The position numbers were made by a program, and so were the translations under genes. Under the pieces are notes generated by a model. The model was given only the letters and a program-made list of their open reading frames with translations. It did not search any database and was not told where the DNA came from. Of a stretch of DNA of 64,000 nucleotides, positions 52,806 through 61,274 are shown piece by piece. How positions within the stretch are numbered: position 1 is the first letter of the stretch; each line of letters begins with the position of its first letter. The stretch is taken from NCBI RefSeq assembly GCF_054482525.1, contig NZ_CM137006.1; one strand, 5' to 3'.

Positions 52806-53882
52806 ATGAAATTGACGCTGAAAAACCTTAGCATGGCGATCATGATGAGTGGAATGATCATGGGAAGCAGTGCAATGGCGGCGGACAGCAACGAAAAAAT
52901 AGTCATCGCCCATCGCGGTGCCAGTGGATATTTGCCGGAGCATACGCTGCCAGCAAAAGCGATGGCGTATGCGCAGGGAGCGGATTATCTGGAACAAGAT
53001 TTGGTGATGACCAAAGACGACCATCTGGTTGTCCTGCATGACCATTATCTCGATCGTGTTACTGATGTTGCCGATCGTTTCCCGGATCGGGCGCGCAAAG
53101 ACGGTCGTTACTACGCGATAGATTTCACGCTCGATGAAATTAAGTCACTGAAATTTACCGAAGGTTTCGATATTGAAAATGGTAAGAAAGTACAGACTTA
53201 TCCGGGGCGTTTCCCGATGGGTAAATCTGACTTCCGGGTACACACTTTCGAGGAAGAGATTGAATTTGTTCAGGGGTTAAATCACTCTACCGGGAAAAAT
53301 ATCGGTATCTATCCAGAAATTAAAGCGCCGTGGTTCCATCATCAGGAAGGGAAGGATATTGCGGCTAAAACGCTGGAAGTGCTGAAGAAATATGGTTACA
53401 GCGGTAAGGACGACAAAGTTTATTTGCAATGTTTTGATGCCGATGAACTGAAGCGTATTAAGAATGAGCTGGAACCTAAAATGGGCATGGACCTCAATCT
53501 GGTACAGCTGATTGCCTATACCGACTGGAACGAAACTCAGCAGAAACAGCCGGACGGAAGCTGGGTTAATTACAACTACGACTGGATGTTTAAGCCGGGG
53601 GCCATGAAACAGGTGGCGGAATATGCTGATGGTATTGGTCCGGATTATCATATGTTGATTGAGGAGACATCGCAGCCAGGTAATATCAAACTCACTGGCA
53701 TGGTGCAAGATGCTCAGCAGAATAAACTGGTAGTGCATCCTTACACCGTGCGGTCAGATAAGCTGCCTGAATACACTACTGATGTGAATCAGTTATATGA
53801 TGCTCTGTATAACAAAGCGGGTGTAAATGGGCTGTTTACTGATTTCCCTGATAAGGCAGTAAAATTCCTTAATAAAGAGTAA
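52806..53882 (+). CDS. glpQ: Periplasmic glycerophosphodiester phosphodiesterase GlpQ
   Basis: ATG at 52806 gives MKLTLKNLSMAIMMSGMIMGSSAMA signal peptide, 358 aa, HRGASGYLPEHT motif. Confidence 0.93.
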   Translation: MKLTLKNLSMAIMMSGMIMGSSAMAADSNEKIVIAHRGASGYLPEHTLPAKAMAYAQGADYLEQDLVMTKDDHLVVLHDHYLDRVTDVADRFPDRARKDGRYYAIDFTLDEIKSLKFTEGFDIENGKKVQTYPGRFPMGKSDFRVHTFEEEIEFVQGLNHSTGKNIGIYPEIKAPWFHHQEGKDIAAKTLEVLKKYGYSGKDDKVYLQCFDADELKRIKNELEPKMGMDLNLVQLIAYTDWNETQQKQPDGSWVNYNYDWMFKPGAMKQVAEYADGIGPDYHMLIEETSQPGNIKLTGMVQDAQQNKLVVHPYTVRSDKLPEYTTDVNQLYDALYNKAGVNGLFTDFPDKAVKFLNKE

Positions 53883-54102
53883 TGCTATTGCAGGATGGCG
53901 TTCATGCGCCATCCTCTGCTAAAACGAAATAATGCTACTACCGGTTATTCTTTTCATTAACCGGTGCATCCTGTTAAAAAAGATGCCAACATATTTGCGT
54001 AAAACTCATTCGTTAAGAAAGCTAACACTGGGCATTGTTATTCCTTAAACAGTATGAATTGGGTTCAATAATAAATTGTATTGCAGTTTATACTGTAAAG
54101 TA

Positions 54103-55173
54103 TTATTCGCATTTCGGAAAAGTAAAGAAAATATTAATGTATCTTATTAATTTATTATATTGTTCTTGAGTGAATGCTATTTGCACACCTTCAGGATAAT
54201 ATTCACCAGTAATAACCAGTTGTCCATTGCTGTGTTGTACCATTAAACCTTTTTTTTCCTTTGGATCTTCAAACTTAGAATTATCAAACGTGAAGATGTT
54301 ATTTTCCTGTTTTGAGTAAGCAAAGAAATCTCGTGTATAGCTGAAACTATCATTTATTAATGGTGCTAACTTTTTGTCGGCGATATCGATAAGCTCACCA
54401 CTTAATTTATTGATGTATTTCATTTGGTTCAATTTTTTCTGCGCTTGTACAATTTGCTTGTAGGTATTTTTAATTTCCTTAGAAGAATTCTTGAATTTAT
54501 CATAGCGTTCCACGGAGGATGCGTATTTGTACCATTCTGTATTTTTCTCAGAATGTAGTAGCAGGTCTGTATATTTTTTTTGATCGCTGTAAAGTTGACT
54601 TTTAATACTTTCCTCACTGCTGGTTTTATAAGGTTTATCAGAGCTGTTTATTTTTGAAATGTCTTTTTCTGTCGGTGACTGGACCGTGTTGTGGATATTT
54701 TCTTTTATAACATGTTCATTGATGATGTTAATTGCAGTTTCATATTCATTTAAGTTTATTGTTCTTTGTGAAATAAACCCTTCTTTGCTTTCGACACTCA
54801 AAATACCTTCGTTGTTTTCACCTCGGGTAAAGGTAAGGGTATAGGGTTCATAATCCGCTGCAAATTCATTTTTATACGTTATGACATGTTCGACAAAATG
54901 TCTTATTGGTACGAAACTATAACTGTGAACGTCAATTTTTTGGGTCTTGATACTATCAATTGCATCTGAGGCTTTCGTGAAAAAAGTCAATAAATTAGCT
55001 ATGCTGTCTGCTGAGGTTGATAACCCGTATCTACTTTGAGATATTTTTAGAAACTCATCGCAAAAAATCTCAAGTTTCGCGGTTTGTTGTGATTCTTTGT
55101 AAACTTCTGCTGGTTGCAATTTATTATTTTGTAAAATATTACCTCGAGATAAGTGAATAGATGTATTTGGCAT
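54103..55173 (-). CDS. Hypothetical protein, about 356 aa, low GC, no recognisable domain (orphan accessory gene)
   Basis: Long uninterrupted ORF in a clearly AT-rich segment; ATG at 55171..55173 preceded by AAGGAA at 7-8 nt spacing (the ORF track starts 12 codons earlier on a TTG); Lys/Ser/Asn/Glu-rich, no signal peptide or TM segments; I recall no K-12 gene at this position. Confidence 0.65.
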   Translation of the reverse strand: MPNTSIHLSRGNILQNNKLQPAEVYKESQQTAKLEIFCDEFLKISQSRYGLSTSADSIANLLTFFTKASDAIDSIKTQKIDVHSYSFVPIRHFVEHVITYKNEFAADYEPYTLTFTRGENNEGILSVESKEGFISQRTINLNEYETAINIINEHVIKENIHNTVQSPTEKDISKINSSDKPYKTSSEESIKSQLYSDQKKYTDLLLHSEKNTEWYKYASSVERYDKFKNSSKEIKNTYKQIVQAQKKLNQMKYINKLSGELIDIADKKLAPLINDSFSYTRDFFAYSKQENNIFTFDNSKFEDPKEKKGLMVQHSNGQLVITGEYYPEGVQIAFTQEQYNKLIRYINIFFTFPKCE

Positions 55174-55638
55174 AAATGATTCCTTGTATTGTGAGTTAAC
55201 AAGATACAATTTAATCTTTGCAGAATATATTCACTATCAAATTTAGCTCATTTTATTACGAAGACCTTTACGCATGTTAGAAAGTATCATTATTGTTAAT
55301 AAATACGGTAATAAGTAACAAACAGATATTGATAACTTCCCTGACAAGTTATTAAGTATCCCACTTGAAGATTGAGAATGGCTCCAGAGTAAACTGTGTA
55401 CTGTTCGCCGGAGTGTCATTACTCTCAACAATCGGTTTTGACAGTGAGTCGGGCGCTTCATACCGGTTTCTACCTGGAGTCATTGTCACTTCTCCCAACT
55501 GGATAAATATATATCGCCAATTCACAAAGTGGGCCAAAATCAGGTGAAAACGAATTATTACGCCAGGTAAAGGCTATAGTACAACTAAGTGTGGCGAATC
55601 AGGCAGTCTTGCATTTGTCATCAATCTCATGTCTTACA

Positions 55639-55845
55639 TCAAATTTTTCCACTCACCACGAGTTGTTCCGTACACGTTTGTAGTAAAAACAGTGGACTGC
55701 CTTCTACCGGCTTTTCTTTAGCCAGCAACGAAATCTGTCGATAGAAGGTTGGTTCGAGAGGAACGGAACACAATTCACCTGCAATGGTTTTCAGCGTCAA
55801 CTCTGGTAATAAGGCGATGCCTAATCCCTGTCGAATAAAATTCAT
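55639..55845 (-). pseudogene. yfaH: YfaH, a LysR-family regulator fragment (C-terminal effector-domain remnant)
   Basis: 68-aa ORF resembling a LysR substrate-binding-domain piece (GLGIALLPELTLK); no helix-turn-helix domain. Confidence 0.65.
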
Positions 55846-56060
55846 CGCTGTATCCGCCTGATTAAATTCACATTTTATCTGCTGGGTGCACTATTAGTGG
55901 TAGTGGCTGGTGGAGTCTATGCGCTGCAAATGAAGGGTAAAAGCGGTGTCGCGCTAGTAGTGGCAAAAGAAATTCATTAATACGACACGTTTCATTAAGA
56001 TTTTTCGCAGGTAACCACCTATAGTCATTGTCGTAAATAAAAAATGACAGGCGATAGGGT

Positions 56061-56711
56061 ATGGCAGTTTCAGCAAAGCACGACGAATTTAATCACTGGT
56101 GGGCAACAGAGGGCGACTGGGTTGAAGAGCCTAACTATCGCCGTAATGGTATGAGCGGGGTGCAATGCGTCGAGCGCAACGGCAAAAAGCTATATGTAAA
56201 GCGCATGACGCATCATCTGTTTCATTCCGTACGTTATCCGTTCGGCCGACCAACGATTGTCCGTGAGGTTGCGGTAATTAAAGAACTGGAACGGGCTGGT
56301 GTCATCGTGCCGAAGATCGTTTTTGGTGAAGCGGTGAAAATTGAGGGGGAATGGCGCGCGTTGCTGGTGACTGAAGATATGGCGGGGTTCATCAGCATTG
56401 CTGACTGGTATGCCCAGCATGCAGTAACGCCCTATTCTGACGAAGTACGGCAAGCCATGTTGAAAGCAGTGGCGCTGGCGTTTAAGAAAATGCATAGCGT
56501 TAATCGTCAGCATGGCTGTTGCTATGTTCGCCATATCTATGTGAAAACAGAAGGTAAGGTAGAAGCTGGATTTCTTGATCTGGAGAAAAGTCGTCGCCGC
56601 TTGCGTCGCGATAAAGCGATTAATCATGACTTCCGCCAGCTGGAAAAATATCTGGAGCCGATCCCCAAAGCGGACTGGGAGCAGGTGAAAGCGTATTACT
56701 ACGCCATGTAA
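56061..56711 (+). CDS. inaA: Acid-inducible Kdo/WaaP-family kinase-like protein InaA
   Basis: 216 aa, MAVSAKHDEFNHWWATEGDWVEEPNYRRNGMSGVQ. Confidence 0.9.
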   Translation: MAVSAKHDEFNHWWATEGDWVEEPNYRRNGMSGVQCVERNGKKLYVKRMTHHLFHSVRYPFGRPTIVREVAVIKELERAGVIVPKIVFGEAVKIEGEWRALLVTEDMAGFISIADWYAQHAVTPYSDEVRQAMLKAVALAFKKMHSVNRQHGCCYVRHIYVKTEGKVEAGFLDLEKSRRRLRRDKAINHDFRQLEKYLEPIPKADWEQVKAYYYAM

Positions 56712-56764
56712 TCGTTGTAGGCCAGATAATACGCGTAAGCGTCGTATCTGGCACTACAACCAAT

Positions 56765-57019
56765 TCACATCTCGATTTCAATATCGCCTTTTGCCCGGCA
56801 ACAACAGGGCAAAATTTCCCCCGGCTGAATAAAGGCTAACGGTTCGGCAATCCAGTCCACCTGGCCTGCAACAAGGCGCGTGCGACAGGAACCGCAGTAA
56901 CCTTCGCGGCACTGGTACTCAACCGCCACATTGTGGGATTCCAGCGCCGCCAGAAGGGAAGGGTGTTCATCCTGGCACAGCAGTTGTGTGCCAGTGATGC
57001 GCAGGGTAATGCGAGCCAT
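56765..57019 (-). CDS. yfaE: 2Fe-2S ferredoxin YfaE (maintenance of the NrdB diferric-tyrosyl cofactor)
   Basis: 84 aa with CxxGxCGxC-type motif (CREGYCGSC); immediately downstream of nrdB. Confidence 0.9.
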   Translation of the reverse strand: MARITLRITGTQLLCQDEHPSLLAALESHNVAVEYQCREGYCGSCRTRLVAGQVDWIAEPLAFIQPGEILPCCCRAKGDIEIEM

Positions 57020-58149
57020 CAGAGCTGGAAGTTACTCAAATCGTCGGTGTCCACTTCCGAGTCAATCTGCCCGACCAGATAAGAACTGACTTCCACTTCC
57101 TGCGGAGCAACCTGCACGTTATCAGACACCAGCCAGGTATTGATCCACGGGATCGGGTTGGAGCGAGTCTGGAACGGCAGATCCAAACCGACTGCCTGCA
57201 TGCGGATATTGGTGATATATTCAACGTACTGGCAGAGAATGTCTTTATTCAGACCAATCATCGAACCGTCACGGAACAGATAATCCGCCCAGTCTTTCTC
57301 TTGCTGTGCCGCCTGGACAAACAGGTCATAGCATTCCTGCTTACATTCTTCGGCAATTTCCGCCATCTCCGGATCATCCGCGCCGCTGCGCAGCAGATTC
57401 AGCATATGCTGAGTACCGGTCAGGTGCAGGGCTTCATCGCGGGCAATCAGGCGAATAATTTTGGCGTTACCTTCCATCAGTTCGCGTTCTGCAAAGGCAA
57501 AGGAACAAGCAAAGCTGACGTAGAAGCGGATCGCTTCCAGCGCGTTAACGCTCATCAGGCAGAGATACAGTTTTTTCTTCAGCTCGCGCAGGCTAACGGT
57601 TACGGTTTTACCGTTAACGGTGTGGGTACCTTCGCCCAGCAGATGCCAGTAGCTGGTCATTTCGATCAGCTCATCGTAATAACTGGAGATCCCTTCCGCA
57701 CGTTTCTGGATCTGCTCGTTGGTGACGATATCATCAAACACAACGGACGGATCGTTAACGATATTACGAATGATATGGGTATAAGAACGAGAGTGAATGG
57801 TTTCTGAGAACGCCCAGGTTTCGACCCAGGTTTCCAGTTCAGGGATCGAGATCAGCGGCAGCAGTGCCACGTTCGGGCTGCGACCCTGAATGGAGTCCAG
57901 CAACGTCTGATATTTCAGGTTGCTGATAAAGATGTGTTTTTCGTGTTCAGGCAGTGCCTGGTAATCGATACGGTCACGAGAAACGTCAACTTCTTCCGGA
58001 CGCCAGAAGAAAGAGAGCTGCTTTTCGATCAGCTTTTCGAAGATGTCATATTTTTGCTGATCGTAGCGAGCCACGTTGACCGGCTGACCAAAGAACATCG
58101 GTTCTTTCAGCTGATCATTTTTCGTCTGTGAAAAGGTGGTATATGCCAT
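57019..58149 (-). CDS. nrdB: Ribonucleotide reductase class Ia beta subunit NrdB
   Basis: ATG at 58147..58149 gives [40 protein letters not shown] (376 aa). Confidence 0.95.
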
Positions 58150-58169
58150 GAATGTGTCCTGTTGGGAGT

Positions 58170-58285
58170 TTAATGCCGGATAAGGCATTTTACGCCGCAT
58201 CCTGTGCCTGATGCGACGCTGGCGCGTCTTATCAGGCCTACAAACCGAGCCGTAGGCCGGATAAGGCGTTCACGCCGCATCCTGC
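58170..58285. repeat. REP / BIME-type repetitive extragenic palindromes between nrdA and nrdB
   Basis: Three imperfect palindromic units of the GCCGGATAAGGCGTTCACGCCGCATCCGGC type in alternating orientation. Confidence 0.7.
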
Positions 58286-58294
58286 ATCTCAATA

Positions 58295-60580
58295 TCAGAT
58301 CTTACATGCGCCGCTTTCGCAGCCATCGTCCTGGATTGACGGCACCAGATCGTCTTGTGCGTCTTCAGCACCGTCACGGGTGTTCTGATAATACAGCGTT
58401 TTGACCCCGAATTTGTAGGCGGTGAGCAGGTCTTTCAGCAGTTGCTGCATCGGCACTTTTCCTGACGGGAAGCGTGACGGATCGTAGTTGGTGTTAGCAG
58501 AGATCGACTGATCGATAAATTTCTGCATGATACCCACCAGTTGCAGATAGCCATCGTTACCCGGCATTTCCCACAGCAGTTCATAGGCGTCGTGCAGATG
58601 CTCGTAGTCCGGCACCACCTGGCGCAGAATACCGTCTTTCGACGCTTTGATGCTGACGTAACCACGCGGCGGTTCAATACCGTTAGTGGCGTTAGAGATC
58701 TGCGAAGAGGTCTCGGACGGCATCAGAGCAGAAAGCGTGGAGTTACGCAGGCCGTGCGTTTTGATTGACTCACGCAGTGCTTCCCAGTCGTAATGCAGCG
58801 GCTCATTAGCGATGGCATCCAGATCTTTCTTATAGGTATCGATCGGCAGGATCCCTTTCGCGTAAGTGGTTTCGTTAAACCACGGGCACGCGCCTTGCTC
58901 TTTCGCCAGCTCATTAGAGGCTTTCAGCAGGTAATACTGAATGGCTTCGAAGGTTTTATGCGTCAGGTTGTTGGCGCTGCCGTCGGAGTAGCGTTTACCG
59001 TGCTTCGCCAGGTAGTAAGCGAAGTTGATCACACCAATACCCAGCGTACGACGACCCATCGCTCCACGTTTGGCGGCCGGGATCGGGTAATCCTGATAAT
59101 CCAGCAGCGCGTCGAGTGCGCGTACTGCCAGAATCGCCAGCTCTTCCAGTTCATCCAGGCTATTAATTGCGCCCAGGTTAAAAGCAGACAACGTACACAG
59201 CGCGATTTCACCGTTCTCGTCGTTGACATCATTCAGCGGTTTGGTCGGCAGGGCGATTTCCAGGCACAGGTTAGACTGGCGCACTGGCGCGATGGCCGGA
59301 TCAAACGGGCTATGGGTATTACAGTGGTCAACGTTCTGAATATAGATACGACCGGTAGACGCACGTTCCTGCATCATCAGCGAGAACAGTTCAACGGCTT
59401 TCACACGCTGCTTGCGGATGCTGTCGTCTTTCTCATATTTGGTGTACAGGCGTTCAAACTCTTCCTGATCGGCGAAGAACGCGTCGTACAACCCCGGTAC
59501 GTCGGACGGGCTGAACAGGGTGATATCTTCACCTTTCAGCAGACGGGTATACATCAGTTTGTTGATTTGTACCCCGTAGTCCATATGACGCACGCGGTTG
59601 CCTTCCACCCCACGGTTGTTTTTCAACACCAGCAGGCTTTCAACTTCCAGATGCCACATCGGGTAGAACAGCGTAGCTGCACCGCCACGCACACCGCCCT
59701 GAGAGCAGGATTTCACCGCTGTCTGGAAATGCTTATAGAACGGAATACAACCGGTATGGAACGCTTCGCCACCGCGAATCGGGCTACCCAGCGCACGAAT
59801 ACGCCCGGCGTTGATGCCGATCCCGGCACGCTGGGAAACGTATTTAACAATCGCGCTGGAGGTGGCGTTAATGGAATCCAGGCTGTCGCCGCACTCGATC
59901 AGTACGCAGGAGCTGAACTGACGAGTCGGGGTACGCACGCCGGACATGATTGGCGTCGGCAGCGAAATTTTAAATGTGGAAACCGCGTCGTAAAAACGCT
60001 TCACGTATTGCAGGCGCGTTTCACGCGGGTAGTTCGAGAACAGGCACGCGGCAACCAGAATATAAAGGAACTGGGCGCTTTCGTAGATTTCGCCGGTCAC
60101 ACGGTTCTGCACCAGATATTTGCCTTCCAGCTGCTTAACCGCAGCATAAGAGAAGGTCATATCACGGTCGTGATCGATAAACGTGTCCATCTGCTTGAAC
60201 TCTTCTTCCGTGTAGTCTTCCAGCAGATGATTATCGTATTTGCCCATCTCGACCATTTTCACCACGTGGTCGTACAGCGCAGGCGGCTCAAACTGGCCGT
60301 AGGCTTTTTTACGCAGGTGGAAGATCGCCAGGCGCGCGGCGAGATACTGATAATCCGGCGCATCACGGGAGATCAGGTCTGCGGCAGCCTTGATAATGGT
60401 TTCGTGGATGTCAGAGGTCTTGATACCGTCATAAAACTGAATGTGGGAGCGCAGTTCGACCTGGGAAATCGAAACGTTATGCAGTCCTTCTGCCGCCCAA
60501 TCCAGAACGCGATGGATTTTGTCGAGATTGATGCGCTCTGTGCTACCGTCGCGCTTTGTCACCAGCAGATTCTGATTCAT
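58295..60580 (-). CDS. nrdA: Ribonucleotide reductase class Ia alpha subunit NrdA
   Basis: 761 aa, MNQNLLVTKRDGSTERINLDKIHRVLDWAAEGL (ATP-cone) and catalytic core. Confidence 0.95.
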   Translation of the reverse strand: MNQNLLVTKRDGSTERINLDKIHRVLDWAAEGLHNVSISQVELRSHIQFYDGIKTSDIHETIIKAAADLISRDAPDYQYLAARLAIFHLRKKAYGQFEPPALYDHVVKMVEMGKYDNHLLEDYTEEEFKQMDTFIDHDRDMTFSYAAVKQLEGKYLVQNRVTGEIYESAQFLYILVAACLFSNYPRETRLQYVKRFYDAVSTFKISLPTPIMSGVRTPTRQFSSCVLIECGDSLDSINATSSAIVKYVSQRAGIGINAGRIRALGSPIRGGEAFHTGCIPFYKHFQTAVKSCSQGGVRGGAATLFYPMWHLEVESLLVLKNNRGVEGNRVRHMDYGVQINKLMYTRLLKGEDITLFSPSDVPGLYDAFFADQEEFERLYTKYEKDDSIRKQRVKAVELFSLMMQERASTGRIYIQNVDHCNTHSPFDPAIAPVRQSNLCLEIALPTKPLNDVNDENGEIALCTLSAFNLGAINSLDELEELAILAVRALDALLDYQDYPIPAAKRGAMGRRTLGIGVINFAYYLAKHGKRYSDGSANNLTHKTFEAIQYYLLKASNELAKEQGACPWFNETTYAKGILPIDTYKKDLDAIANEPLHYDWEALRESIKTHGLRNSTLSALMPSETSSQISNATNGIEPPRGYVSIKASKDGILRQVVPDYEHLHDAYELLWEMPGNDGYLQLVGIMQKFIDQSISANTNYDPSRFPSGKVPMQQLLKDLLTAYKFGVKTLYYQNTRDGAEDAQDDLVPSIQDDGCESGACKI

Positions 60581-60760
60581 GTATGTCGTACCTGTTTTTG
60601 GAATTCTTCCGCAATAGTTTCATGCAGACTACCTGTAGTGAGGGAAGCTGCTTAGAACACTATATATAGGGGGTATGTTTGGGATTCACTGCAAGATAGT
60701 GTGAAAATGGCCCTCTTGCAAGTGCATAACTTTGTGGATAACTCAGGAAGGAAAAAGTGG
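60581..60760 (-). promoter_or_regulatory. nrdAB promoter region with putative NrdR boxes and a DnaA box
   Basis: TTATCCACA (minus strand, 60733..60741) matches the DnaA box consensus; ACACTATATATAGGGG (about 60657..60672) resembles the palindromic NrdR box; regulation of nrdAB by DnaA and NrdR is established, site calls are by eye. Confidence 0.55.
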
Positions 60761-61274
60761 CTTTCGCGCACCTTAGGTCAGACAAGGTGTCCGGGAAAGT
60801 CAATGGGAGGAGAAAAATTTGTTAAAAATAACTGTTCGGCGATTTCTTGAACGGAAGAATAGGTTAGATAAATTGATGTAGATGGTTTATTAATCTTTTG
60901 GCTAATGATTGCAAAAATTGATCTAAGCACGAGTCATCACATAATCTGATGTATCAGTTATGGTCAATATATAAGCGAATGTAAGCGGTTGTTGATGTCG
61001 AAATGGTTGTTTTCTCTTCGGTTGTTGTTAAATGAGAAGCCATTTTGTTAATTTACCTTATATTATAAGAAAATTATTCATTACTTTAATTCAGTTTAAA
61101 CATAACTGATATCCCTTAAGGTGATTAACTTGAATTATGACGCACTGATATTATTCATGAAATAATAACAAAATAGCCATTGCACCGGGTTGAACAATTT
61201 ACAAAAGAAAAATAACCCATATCGTATAATGCGATTAAATATGCCGTCTTATAGAAAATGATGGTCAGATTAAT

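Noticed and set aside
53892-53915. Hairpin GGATGGCG-TTCATG-CGCCATCC after glpQ considered as a terminator
   Set aside because: Good stem but no following T-tract on either strand; left as an unclassified structure rather than a called terminator.
55243-55547. Three 60-72-aa ORFs in the region upstream of the orphan gene
   Set aside because: Overlapping, no Shine-Dalgarno sequences, in AT-rich probable promoter DNA; may still hide a regulatory RNA (see findings) but not credible as proteins.
58793-60655. 620-aa plus-strand ORF
   Set aside because: Antisense to nrdA across nearly its whole length; nrdA identity is unambiguous.
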